Origin: Paragordius varius
Lineage: Eukaryota > Animalia > Nematomorpha
DNA: 64,000 bases
Direction: 5' to 3'
NCBI GenBank assembly: GCA_964247055.1
Contig: OZ176050.1
Span: 5,394,001 to 5,458,000 of the forward strand
Within the stretch, counting starts at the first letter, position 1. Each line of letters opens with the position of its first letter. Positions 32,010 through 44,649 of this stretch are shown here, one piece after another. The position numbers and the translations under genes were made by a program. Under the pieces are notes generated by a model. That model did no database searches. It was not told the DNA's origin and saw only the letters and a program-made list of their open reading frames with translations.

Positions 32010-32593
32010 TTTGCAAATTGTGAAGGCCATTCACTAGTTATATTATTGGCCTTTTTTACATGAAATAATACTCATGAAATGAGCTAAAGAGTACCATTCA
32101 TTACGTAAAACGACAAAATTTATGTTCATATTTTCTTCATTATGCAAACGTCTCTTTCATTCCTTGGCATAATATATTAGCATGAATGCACCAAATAGCA
32201 AAGCAAAATTTTAATATATAATATATATAATTGTTGAATAATTTAGCTATTATATTTAGGAATGAAATGCTTATTTTTCATATGATGTGTAAATAACGAA
32301 TTTACAAATAAACAATATTTGAGATTTCTTCATAAATAAACACCATTATGACAATATTTTCATGAAATGAATATTCGTTGTAAATTTAAAAGCTTATTAT
32401 ATAAGTTTTGCTTTCTCACGCGTTCTATGACTAAATTTAGAATTGTTCAACGATATCTGATACGAAACTCATCGGAGGAGTAGGGTATATTTTAATATTA
32501 ATGGTATTTTAAAAATTTAAAGGAAAATAGCTTTTATTAGCTCATTTTTGCTGAATTTTTGATGAACATAGCCAAAAATCATATATATATATA

Positions 32594-33307
32594 GGGTTTC
32601 TATAAAATGTCAGCTCAAAAGATGACGTTTTTTTTAGACACATTTAAAAGACAAATTTTTTTTAAACTACATTAACATATTTTTTTAATTATTTACTAGC
32701 TAAACTCGCTATTAAAATCTTAACATTCATATTTTATTCAGAAAAAATTCTATATTAAAATAAAACTAAAAAATATTGTTTATTTTTTCATTTTTTTGTC
32801 ATCTGGTTTATGAGTGTATAAAAAATTTATACTGTTTCATTTTAAAATCTTACATGAGGGAGTTATAAAGTATAAAATTTATGGAAAATAGGATTTAAAA
32901 GTCGTGTAATATCAACCAAAAATTATAACAAGTTTGTTCTAACACAAATTAATATTTTTATGGGATATGTACGGATTTTTGGTTGATTTTCCACTTTTTG
33001 TAAATTTTATTTTGTATTAATTTATATAATTCATAGTTCTCTCTCATTTGATATTCCAAAATATGACCGTAAATATTTTATACCGTCATAAACCAGGTGA
33101 CAAAAAAATGAAAAAAATAAAAAACAATATTTATTAGTTTTATTTTGATGTAGAAGGTTTTTTTCTGAAAATATGAATGTTAAGATATTAATAGAGAGTT
33201 TAGTTAGTAAATAATAAAAAAATATTTTAATATAGTTTCATAAAAAAATTGTGATTTTTAAGTTTGTTCAAATAAAAACGCCATCTTTTGAGATTTTATT
33301 GAAACTC
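32594..33307. mobile_element. ~714-bp foldback MITE with TA flanks, downstream of ABCC
   Basis: Left GGGTTTCTATAAAATGTCAGCTCAAAAGATGACGTTTTT matches right reverse complement GAGTTTCAATAAAATCTCAAAAGATGGCGTTTTT. An internal inverted pair at 32770-32830 and 33070-33133 (TTTTTTTGTCA.CTGGTTTATGA) extends the arms. TA sits on both sides. Confidence 0.7.
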
Positions 33308-33677
33308 TATTAATATGATTTTAGGCTATAAAATAATAAAAACCCATAATATCTCAACTTTTATCATTATTTTTTGAATTATCCTTAATTTTCTCTTAAT
33401 ATTTCAAAAACTAGGTCGTAAACAAATAAAACTTTTTACGGCAAATGAATACGCTGGTCATAAGCTATCTAATGAAAAAAAATTGTTAAAATTTTTTTTG
33501 CACATAGTGTAATATTCACAGCTCCATAATATTCATATTTTTAAAGCCCATGATAAAAATGGGTTGTCCCAAAATTTACCATTTTCTAATTAATCGATTT
33601 CCAGTCAATCGAAACGATTTCTGAAATCTAAATCTTTAACAAAAAACATCAATGATAAATATCATAACAAGATACAG

Positions 33678-34715
33678 CAGTGGTACTCACCAAAAGAATT
33701 TGACGGGCCAAATAAAATATTTTTTTTCGAGGGCCATGAACCTTATAATGGCAATCCATAGCTATTTGACACATATGCACATATTTATACTCTAAACCAG
33801 CATGAACTTTTTGCGGATCGCATGTAAATCCAGCTAAAAACTCGTTTTGCACCATTTATAAAAAATTATGATATTTTGATAACAACATTTATTTTGATAT
33901 TAACCAATTGACAAATTTTGTTTCGCCTCATGACAGGGCAATCTTAATACGTCGTCCATATAATCATTGGTTAAGCGATTTCTGTATGTATTCTTGACAT
34001 ACTTCATTTTTGAATATACCGTCTCGAACGTGTAAGTTGAGGGAAAAAGTTGGGATAACTTGAGCACATTTTTTTATATTTTCATATTTATTTGGCACAT
34101 CTTGCCAAAACTCTACATATCTTTCTTCTCTACGATTTTCCTTAAATATAGCCTCCAACATTTTTAAAATCTATGAATTTTTCAATGATATGCACCTGAT
34201 CAAACCAAATGCTCAAGTTGCCTAATATTGGATATATCAATATGCCATGGATTTTCAATGAGTTTTAAGCAATTTTTAATATTTATTAATTCTTGAAATC
34301 TGAATTTCATCTCATTCGTTGATTATGTTAGTGCTAAATCTCACGAAGAGCGCACATTTAGGTTTTGAACTAATATCAGTGCTAGAATCAATAGCAATAC
34401 TAAAATATTTGCAGTTTTTCAGAGCCAATAATGTATTGTTAAAAATATATTTAGACATATCTTCAATGCTTCGAGCACATGTTGAATCAGAAAGTTGAAT
34501 TTAATTTTGCCTCATAATTTAATCTTTATCATGGAATTTATTAAATAAAAAAGCCCAATCATTAATAGACATTCTTTAATTAGTTGGGAATCAGTAAACT
34601 GTTATATATTTTTTTTCATAGCAAATTTCATGCGAAGCTAATGTCACAGCTTTTTCCTGGGAGAAAGCTCTGGACATAACAAATTTTTCTTTCTGGTATA
34701 ATTCCTTAATCTATA
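33678..34715 (-). mobile_element. Truncated hAT (Buster/SPIN-like) element, same family as 39815-41890
   Basis: Begins CAGTGGTACTCAC; the first ~330 bp align by eye with 39815 onward. The minus strand encodes the transposase C-terminus (FWQDVPNKYENIKKCAQV, then frameshifted STYTCETVFSKMKYVKNTYRNRL). The upstream 8-mer AGATACAG fits the nnnTAnnn target. The other end is not found. Confidence 0.78.
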
Positions 34716-35039
34716 TATTTATAAAAATGGAAAACGCTGGCCTTGTGATCTGTTTCCGGAAAACCGGTAAAACCATTTAAATTTAAATGTCGAAAAAATA
34801 TAATCATTAATTAATGCCCCGACAATAGCCGAATTAGGTGTAAAAACGGGTTTTTTGAAAACATAAGTCCACAAAAACCGTGTCCTTTAGACAATTTTCC
34901 CGAAAACATGCTGAACCATTTGATTTCAAATATGATTTTTTTTAGTTATTTTCGATGCCAGTTTTTTTCAAAAAAATTAAGTTCACAAAAATAATTTTTT
35001 GAATCTATTTCACCCAAGGTATGAGACCGTAAAAATTCA

Positions 35040-36790
35040 ATGAAGATTCCAGGTAATCCTGTTAAAAGGTAAATTTTAGTCGTGCGGTTTTTTATATTGG
35101 CTGCTGGTTAAGGAGATACCCGCTAAAAACTGCCCCGTCATATCGAAATAGCGTGGCTTTGGGCTAAATTTCAGAAAACTATCAGGGCATATAAGTTCAA
35201 CATCTGCTTAAAATATTACCCACAAGGCAAAAATTTAGGCCATAGGGTTTTTTAAATAGCCGTTAATTAGGCTCTTCACGCCCTGAAAAATGCGCCACCA
35301 TAAAAGGATTTTTTAATTTTAAGGCAATATTTCCAAAAACTAATGAGAGAATATGTAATCAATCGTGATTCCAGGTATTCTCCGTAAAAAGGCAACAATT
35401 TTAATCAAGCTCTTTTTATCAGCCTCTGGGTAGGAAGCTACCCGTCTAAAACTACGCCACCATATCGAAATTGCGTTGTTTTGGAGTTAATTTTTAGAAA
35501 ACTTATCAGTTTAATAACTGAAACATTACTCGTAAAAAAGGCAAAAAATTAAAGTCGAGCAGTTTTAATATTAGTCATTAATCAGGCCCTTTACGCCATA
35601 AAAATGCGCTATCATTGAACTATTATTTAGTTTTATAGCCATTCTTCCCAAAACTATTAAGGAGATTTGGAATGAAGGATGATTTTGGGTATTCCCCTAT
35701 CAAGGCAAAAACTGTTATCAAACGTCTTTTTATATTGGCCTCTGGGTAGGGGGTTACCCGCCTACAACTGCGCCACCATATCGAAATTGCGTTGTTTAGA
35801 AAATAATTTTCAGAAAACATATCAGGACACATAAGTTTCATAAAGGCTTGAAACCCAAAGGCAAAAATTTTAGCCGTTAATTAGGGCCTTTACGTCCTAA
35901 AAAATGCGCTATCATTAAATTATCATTTAGTTTTGCAGCCATATTTCCAAAAACTATTAAGAACATATGGAATGAACGATGATTCCGGGTATCCCCCTAT
36001 AAAGGCAAAATTTTTTATCGAACGTCTTTTTTATATTGGACTCTAGGTAGGGGGCTACCCGCGTAAAACTGCGTCACCATATCATGGCTCTGAAGCCAAA
36101 TTTCAGAAATCTTAGGAGACTTTATGAGTTCAATAAGTGCCTAAAATAATAACCTTTTACAAAGCAAATATTTTAGTATAGGGTTTCAAGTCGCTAAGTC
36201 AAGATTTACGCCCTGAAAAATGCGCCGCCATAGAACAATTTATTGGTTATGAATATTTCCAAGAACTTATAGAAGCTTAGGGAAACCAGAATAATTCCAG
36301 ATATTTCCCATATAAGGGCAAAAATTTTGCCCAACGCTTTTTTACACCTGACCCTGGGTAGGGAGCTACCCGCCAAAAACTGCGCCACTATTTAGAAATT
36401 GCGTTGTTTTGGAGCTAATTTACAGAAAATTAATGAAGCCATATGAGCTCATTTAAAGCTTGAAACATTACCCGTAACTAGGTAAAAATTAAGGCGCGTT
36501 TTTTATTAGCCATTTATTTAAGGTCTTTATACCCTAAAAATAAACCATGAGACGATGGTATCAAAGATGATTACATATATTTGCTCTATAAAGGCAAAGA
36601 ATTTAACTCAGCGCTTTTTCTAAAACTGAGACGCCATGCAAAAATTACGTGGTTTTGGAGCTAATTTTCAAAAAACTTAAGAAGCCATACAAGTTCAATA
36701 AAGGCTTTAAATAAAACCCATAAAAAGGTACAAATTATAGTATAGCGGGTTTTTCTGCTAACCGTCAATTTGGGGCCTTCACACCAGTAA
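35040..36790. repeat. Degenerate tandem array, ~6 units of ~300-320 bp, each built from two related ~155-bp halves
   Basis: The marker GATT(C/T)(C/T)RGGTA or close variants occurs at 35045, 35367, 35681, 35981, ~36293 and ~36569. The ACCCG marker occurs at 35118, 35440, 35756, 36057 and 36368. AAGGCAAAA and a (A/C)TGCGCCACCATA-like motif each occur twice per unit. Confidence 0.85.
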
Positions 36791-36844
36791 ACAATATATT
36801 AGTATGAGCACAGTTTTGAAATTGCTATGAAGCACCGTTTACAA

Positions 36845-39686
36845 CAGGGGTGTCCAACACAAATGGCTTGAAGAGCCACCTTTTCAACCTTAAAATTCCA
36901 AACTTTTTATTTATATGTATCAAGACATTGGTAACAAATAAATTTATTATATTAACACATAGATGTGCTAATATTCATATCAAAAAGAAAATAAACAGTA
37001 TACATGTAATAATGCTTTGCTAATTAATTTATCAGTGCGTAAAAAAAGATAAAAATACATGATATGGGACACTTATTGCAATTCGATAGTATTACTAGTG
37101 TAGACTGTGGCGAATTCAATCGCCAAAATGTAACCTTATTTATTCAGACAGCGAGTTTATCATGAGGTGCGTACATGAAATTATAAAATGTGTTTTAAGT
37201 ATTTCGCTCGATACAAGATCACGATGAATCAAGCAATGGATTTGACTTAAAAGAAAGTAAACAAAAGCTCATATATTAGCATTGATAGTCTCTACAAAAG
37301 AAATGTTACCATTTTAAAGGGAGATGATAATCATGCAATTAAAATGTATTGAGTTAAATATGGGCGTGTCTTGTTTGATAACGATTTGTGCCCATCCACG
37401 ATGGGAAAAAACAAGGGTAAGATGGGAACCGATGCCATAAATATGATCAAATATATATAATGCATTGACACCGTAAAAATCTCTGTGCACATGATTGTTA
37501 TCGAGGAAAATGTCTATAAAGTTTTTTTATAAAAATAAAAGAAATAAATATTTTTCATTGCATAATTAATTTTTTATGGGATATTTGTTTTGTAATTTTT
37601 TTCTTAATTTATTCATATCTATATCAATATTTGATACAGCACATCTCAATCATTCTCCAAGTTTTTATCAGTTAATAAAGAACGTGACAGAGATTTTATG
37701 TATTTGATTTTAAAAAATCACAAAGATAAGTGGACCCTAAAGCACAAATTAACCTTTGTGCAAAAATTCTTAAATTAGGAAATTTATTAAACATTCATTA
37801 TTGGATTGCAAATCTAGTAATTCCATTTGATTAATAGGAGCGTTAATAGCTACAACGTAGAATGGACAACAAAATAAAATTAAATATTTTTTCATATCCC
37901 CGTATCGATTATTAAAAGCTTTTGATAATATGTTAATTTGATCTGCCTATTTTGAAAAATCGTTACTTTTACCGGCTTTAAATCTATTTAATTCTGGAAA
38001 ATGATCAGCATTATTTTTTTAATGGCATTCAAATAACGTCAATTTTTTACAAAACGCTTTAATATGGTTATTCGCATCAACAATTATATTATCTTGCTTT
38101 TGCAAGGATTCATTTAATTAATTAGTTTTTCCGTAATAACTACGGAAAAGCATAAATTTGACAACCAATCTTCATTGGTTAATTCCTCTACCAAATAATT
38201 ATTCCGCAATAGAAAAATATTTATTTCTTTTAATAAATAATAAAACCTTTTTAGACATTTCCCTCGTCTACACCTTACATTTGAAAAAATATAAGATCTC
38301 CATATTCTGAAAGAATTTCTTTTAATAACTCCTTAAACTGCCTATGCTTGAGATTTTATAAAATTAACTACTTTAATAACAACGGTCATAACGTCAGAGC
38401 ATGTGCGCAGGATTTTCACGGTGAATTATGCAATGCAATATATATATATATATATATATATATGGTCAATATTAATACCATCGGATTCCATCTTATTTAA
38501 CAATAATTTCATGGTTCCCTTGTTTTTTCTCATCATAGCTGGGGGACCATCTGTTGTCAAACAAGATAGCGCCCTCATATTTAATTTATTGTCCTCAATA
38601 CATTATAAAATTGCATGAAACATATCATCTCCCTTAGTTGTATTTTTCGTCGGAAGTAAGCCAAACATATCTTATGTTATATTAAAAAAATCATTTATCC
38701 CTCTAATAAAGACTGTCAATTGTGATATGTTGCTTATATCTGTGCTTTCATCAAATGACAAGGAAAACGCCACAAAATTATGAATTCTTTCTTTTAGGGA
38801 AAGTTGAATTTCTTCTGGATGTCTGTAATTCGTCGACACATAGTATTGCGCGAAAGACTTATACTGGATATTATTTTAACTTTATTAGGCAAAACACATT
38901 TTATAATTTCCAGTACGCATTCCTTTACAAACTCACCATCAGAATAAGGCTTCATTTTTTGGCGAGTAAATTGGCCAAAACATAATTTGCCTTTACTATC
39001 GGATAAGGTTGCGTGAATGAAATTGTTGGTTGGAGATTATTAATATTTTTTAAAGATTCTAATTTTATTATTTTCATTTCTGTATAAAACCCAAATGCAT
39101 ATTATTGGCATGTCTTTTTAAATTATATTCCGAAACCCGTTTGTCTTAAATTTGCAAACAAGGCACTCCGCTTTGTTGAAAAATTGAGTAAGCCCATATT
39201 TTAACTCCCAGTCGGGATTATATTTTGTAGTTACTTTTTTAGATTTATGCATATTAAAAGCTAAATAAATTATTTTAAATACCTTTTTTTGCAAATAAGT
39301 TAATGTTTCAATGGACCCAAATTATAATTCCCAGAATTGGTATGAAAGCTAAATAAATTATTTTAAATACCTATTTTTTGCAAGTAATTTAAAGATTTAA
39401 TTTAATGTGAAAGTTATCATCTTGAAGTTGGAAATAACATGCAGGAAGAAATGTGTTTTATAAATGATTAAATGAATGCGATAGATATTTAAAATTAAGA
39501 ATTTTTTTAAAAGTTTCTAAAAATTTAAATGTCAAAATAAAAATGCATAATTTACATATAAAAAAAATTTAAAAAAAATTGGAAATTATTTTTCTTTTAA
39601 ATTTTTTTTTTTAAAATTTTCAAAGAGCCATTCAAAATTTTCAATTAGCCACTAGTGGCTCGCGAGTACCCTGTTGAACACCCCTG
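36845..39686 (-). mobile_element. Near full-length decayed hAT (Buster/SPIN/GTF2IRD2-like) transposon, 2842 bp
   Basis: TIRs are CAGGGGTGTCCAACA and reverse-complement CAGGGGTGTTCAACA. The aged 8-bp TSD is GTTTACAA/TTTTAGAA (6 of 8 match, central TA). Minus-strand fragments: VLANLLAKK.KPYSDGEFVKECV, PTKNTTKGDDMF, LSCLTTDGPPAM. Confidence 0.85.
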
Positions 39687-39814
39687 TTTTAGAAGAATAC
39701 CAAACTTTTATTCATAGAACCGTGTATCCTTATTATTTTCTATAAAAATATTTTAACGATATTTAAAATAATATCTAAGTTTTGTGTATTATTGATTCTA
39801 ATATTAGTTTAAAA

Positions 39815-41890
39815 CAGTGGTACTCACGAATAAAATTTGACGGGCCAAATATAATATATATTTTTTTCGAGGGCCAGAATCTCATAATGGCAAATATTCC
39901 ATAGCTATACACATATGCACATATTTATACTCTAAATCAGCACAATGAATTTTTCGCGGATCGCATGTAAATCCAACTAAAACTCGTTTTGCACCATTTA
40001 GTTTAAAAAATTAATTTTGATAACAACATTTATTTTGATATTAACCAATAATTTTTGACAAATTTGGTTTCACCTCATGACAAACCAATCTTAATAAGTG
40101 TCCAAATGATTATCGGTTAAGCGATTTCTGTATCTATTCTTAGATACCTTATTTTTGAATAGGCTGTCCACGGGTAACTTGAGAAAAAACAGTTAGGATA
40201 ACTTGAGCACATTTTTTTATATTCTAATATTGGCACATCTTGCCAAAACTCTACATATCTTTCTTCTCTACGATTCTTCCGTGTAGCCTCCAAATTGGAA
40301 TTATTTTTAAAATCTACTTCAATGATATGCGCCTGATCGAAACCGAGATGCTCAAGTTGCTTAATATTGGATATATCCATACCATGGATTTTCCACGAGT
40401 TTTAAGTAATTTTTAATATTTCTTTCTTCAAATCTGAATTTCATTTCATTAGATAAAAATGCTAAATGATTGTCTATTTTAAATGTTGGAAAATATAGGA
40501 GTTTTTTATTTATAAATTCTTGTTTATATATTATTAATTTTTCTTGAAAAGCATATATTTGATTACCAAATTGGGTGTTATTATTTTGCTCCCTTGAAAA
40601 CTTGTATTAAGACTAAGTCTATAAGTAAATGTCGCAAAGGTAGGCAATAAAACCCATCATTGGTCACTATTAATTTCCTCGTCAAACTTTCTGTTATCTT
40701 TGATAAATAATACAATCTCAAGTCTTTAAACAAAAAATCTATTTAATACTTTGCTAAGGCTTAGCCATCTCACAGCGGTGTACAAAAGAATATCATCAAA
40801 CTCATTGTGAATATATTTCAGAAGGTTTAGAATTTACGGCTGTTAAATTCTCTCGTATATGGTTAACTATATCCACAACCGTTTTAATTACTGAATTGAG
40901 TGATTCATCTTTTATACGCGAAACTAAGTTTTGCTGTTGAGCAAATATTTTTCAAATTATATTTGTTTTCAACCTTCGTTTTAGAGAGACCATCTTGCAG
41001 ATCGAAACCAATTTTTTTCATAGATATACCATTATTATCGAAAAAAGTGCTGCCACTTTCTTTTATTAGTTGGGAATCAGTAAACGGTTTCATATTTTTT
41101 CCTAAAATATAACAAATTTCATACGAAGCTAATGTTACAGCTTTTTCTGGGAGAAAGGTATAAAAATAATAAATTTTATTTCTGGTATAATTCCTTAATT
41201 TTTTATTTTTTTCGTTTCTTTTTCATGATGGTAATTTATGAAAATGATGGGTTGTAAAATGTCTTTCAATATTGTATTTTTTTATAATTACGATGTCCTT
41301 GCATATAAGGCAGTCAACATTTTTAAAAACGACAAAGAATTTTTCTTCCCAATCCTTTTTAAAGAGGGATTTTCGGATAATTTACGTTTTTTAGCATTAG
41401 ATGTCATCCTTTGAATTTATATTTAAATATTATGTAAATTTTTGCAAAAAATAGGAATATGATTTGAATTATGCCATAAAAAATAGATAAAAATTTAATG
41501 ATGTTGATTTGAAAAATATTTTATGGGCGTTATAAAAAATGATGCAGGATAGCAATAAAAAAATATGTATATGCAAGTTTGGGTGAAAAGCTTGCTTAAA
41601 TACAAAAAAGGAATCCAATAAAAATTTCAAAATAGAAAAAAATAGAATATAGAAACAGAGACAACGTGTGCCAAAATTTTGAAATCATTTTATGTAGGGA
41701 AATTTTTCTACCAAATTGGTTAAAAAATAGAAATTACGAAATAGATCTAAAGAAAATAATTTAATATTAGAATGAGCGAAAATTCGTTTATGTGTATTTT
41801 AGAAACTCATCAATAAAAAAAATAATTTAAGTATCAATATGCAAAGGGCCATTTTAAAGCACCCTTAGGGCCGCGGTTTGATTATCACTG
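39815..41890 (-). mobile_element. Decayed hAT (Buster/SPIN-like) transposon, 2076 bp, with a perfect TSD
   Basis: Perfect 8-bp TSD GTTTAAAA (39807-39814 and 41891-41898). Ends are CAGTGGTACTCA and reverse-complement CAGTGATAATCA. Minus-strand N-terminus MTSNAKKRKLSEN...DWEE...CLICK (~41410-41300) and C-terminal pieces (ORFs 40117-40380 and 40905-41093). Confidence 0.88.
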
Positions 41891-42759
41891 GTTTAAAACA
41901 TTGATAAGTTTATAATATTGTAAAATTTTACTATAAATATATTTTGAATGAAAAATTATTAAAAAAAGATATTAGGTTAAATATAGAAAAATAGATAATT
42001 ACAAAAAATAACGGTGTATGCAAACTGCAAAAAATGTAAATAACATTCAGCGAAGGACAACTTTAAATTTTCAGACACTATTGAAGTGCATATTGTATAT
42101 ATTGATTATAGGTGAAATTAAAGCAAAGAAAACAATAATTAATATAAATAAATTGCAATTTATGGGCAAATTAAAATGTTTGCAATTAATTTACCATCAA
42201 ATATTAATGATAAAAAAAATTATAATTCAACGCTAAAATTTAATTTTTAAAAAATATTTGCTTGAAAAATGGTATAAATTAGGGAATTTAAACAATTAAA
42301 TTCAACATGTTTAGAATTAATATCCTTTTAATTGCGCTATGATAAAATATTATCTGTGCATATCTTGTTTTAAAATTTACCATCAAAGATACTACAGTTT
42401 TTTATTGAGAAAATGTTTCGTGTGATTGGGGCGTTTCGTTAATAAATTTTTTCGATTGATTAGGAAATGAATTCGATTGACTGGGATGTTTTGATTAATG
42501 AGGAAATGTTTTGACTGGGTAATGGTATAAAACCCAATAGGTGATTGTACAAAAAAATCATTTAATATTAAATTATGAAATCGAAATAAATTATTTATTA
42601 TAGAGCATATTTTTTCAATTAAATTTTACAAAATTGTATTAAAGCGTATTTCAAGGATACAGGAAATAATATAAAAATTTTCAATCTTAGATAGATTTTA
42701 AATGTAAGTAAAAAGGTTAGAGTAGATGGCAAAATATAAAAATAGATAATCCTTGTCTC

Positions 42760-43330
42760 AAATTTTTAGCCGGCCTATTTTGTGGAATCGCAAAAACTTT
42801 ATGAAAGCTTAAGATAAATATCTTAAATTAGTTTATTTTAATAGCCCATTACTTTTTAGGTTTTATATCCCAGATGGATTTGTTATTTGAATATCTCAAA
42901 AAGGTATCAAGCCGAATTTAAAAATTGCTTCAGCCTTTTCATAAAAATTTTAAAATATGTAAAATTGTTGAAAAATCCTCATCTCAAACTTTTTCGCCGC
43001 CTTTTTTTCTATAAATTTTAAATCGCTATTGCAACTGCCAAATAAATGTATATTATGGTTAGAAAATGTAAATAATTAACTTTAAAAAGCTCTTTCGTAC
43101 TATATTTTAGCAGCAAAAACCTATTATATTTTCATTTTAACATCAGCTGTTTGTTTCAATCGTGTTTTTAGGCTGTACCGATTTTCGACTCTGAGGATCA
43201 CAATGTAGAAAGTATAAGCTATTTTATTTAATACATTAGAAAAATGCCTTTAACTAAAATAACTTTAACTGTACTTTATTTACAAAACTGAGCTGTGATA
43301 TAAAACTACCCCAAAACGTAAACCAAAAAA
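42760..43330 (+). repeat. Copy of the dispersed repeat family shared with 5470-5775, 49860-50390 and 56100-56400
   Basis: Shared blocks AAAAATCCTCAT..CAAACTTTT, AAATGTATATTATGGTTAGAAAATGTAAAT and AAAACTACCCCAAAA. Boundaries are approximate. Confidence 0.55.
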
Positions 43331-44011
43331 ATAAAAACGATAATGCAGTGTTAAATGCTTTTAATTACTTTTGACAGATAATTAATAATTATTGTTTTTT
43401 AACCAGCTGTTTTTTAACATTGGAATGCTATTTTAAAAACAAGAGCGTCCAAAAAACGGCCCTCCAAGTTTTGTTCTGTGGCATGCGTTTTCAAAAGTTA
43501 CAAAACATAATCAATATAATCTGTTATTAGAGTTATAAACAAGGTTTCTTTACTTAGATAACACTTCAAAACTACACACATTAATGTCATTTTATCTTTG
43601 TTAATCATATCGTTAAAAAATCATTTTTTACGGTAAAAAACTTGTGTAACAAGTTTAGATGTGTTATTTAATTAAAGTAAACCAAGATATTCGTAGGTTC
43701 CATTTATTATAGAAAAGATCTCTCGAATATTTCGTTTGGATAGTAAAAGGTGTGTTTTTGAAGCCAAAGACACCTTTTTGTAAAACTAATCGTTTTGGAT
43801 AGTTTAAAAAATTTTATGCAGGTAACTAAAAATTATAATTACTGCAATCAAAAGTATTATATATTTAAATGATATGCTATATTAATGTACACATTATGAT
43901 GTCTTGAACCTCTTTTTTAATGTTGGGTGATTTGAAAGACACGAACCAGATAACTTTATTTATTTTTTTTGGAAAACATACAATAAAAAAGAGTAAATAA
44001 AATTTATTTCA

Positions 44012-44454
44012 TTAACGAACTTTTAAATGTTGTTTTAAAACATCATGAGCTTGTGTTTCTCTACCAAAATGCTATTTAAAAACATTAAAAAAAAATTACT
44101 TTTACAACTACACAACTACATCCAACAACTTTTCTAGCTTTGCCCTCTTTATCCAGTTTGCATAAACCAGCCATTTCTCCTAAAATTTTTCCGTCTTCAA
44201 CCTTAAATTTAGGAATCACAAACTTCTAATAATTTAATCCCATGTTCATTACACAGTGCTTTAATTAATTTAACATAATTTGGTTCATCGCAGCTTTTTG
44301 ATAATAAACACAATTCAGCGGCACGCCTAAAATTAAACAAATTATACTTATCCAAATATTTAGTCGCTTCTCGTACTCCACAAACTACTCCATCATATGC
44401 CAAAGCTATTTTTAGTACTTCCTTAATAGCTGCATCTTTATCCATAGGGTCCAT
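44012..44454 (-). CDS. RPS12: 40S ribosomal protein S12 (eS12), 123 aa, 4 exons
   Basis: Exons 44454-44348, 44326-44224, 44201-44100 and 44071-44012, with GT-AG introns of 21, 22 and 28 nt. Protein: [123 protein letters not shown]. It carries the eS12 signature CDEPxYVKL...[22 protein letters not shown]. Confidence 0.96.
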
Positions 44455-44649
44455 GTGTGAGGATGTGTGTTAAACTTTGAATTGTTAGATAAACTGCTTT
44501 ATAATAAAATCTTAAGGGGCTTTTTACAAGTAATTTAAAAAAAGTTACACTTTAACACTTCGATTCAAATTGGAGTATCTAAATACAACAGACTAAATTA
44601 AAATTAATATCCAATTTAAATTTATGCATATCCTAATAAAAAAATGGTA

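Noticed and set aside
35040-36790. CRISPR-like array, histone stem-loop cluster, or 5S/tRNA cluster
   Set aside because: The context is eukaryotic and the whole unit repeats, with no unique spacers. The hairpin does not match the histone GGYYYTTTTCAGRGCC consensus, and no Pol III A/B boxes or cloverleaf were seen.
42410-42525. Short degenerate ~20-bp repeats (TTCGATTGA.../TTTTGACTGGG)
   Set aside because: Too short and degenerate to interpret; probably a decayed minisatellite.
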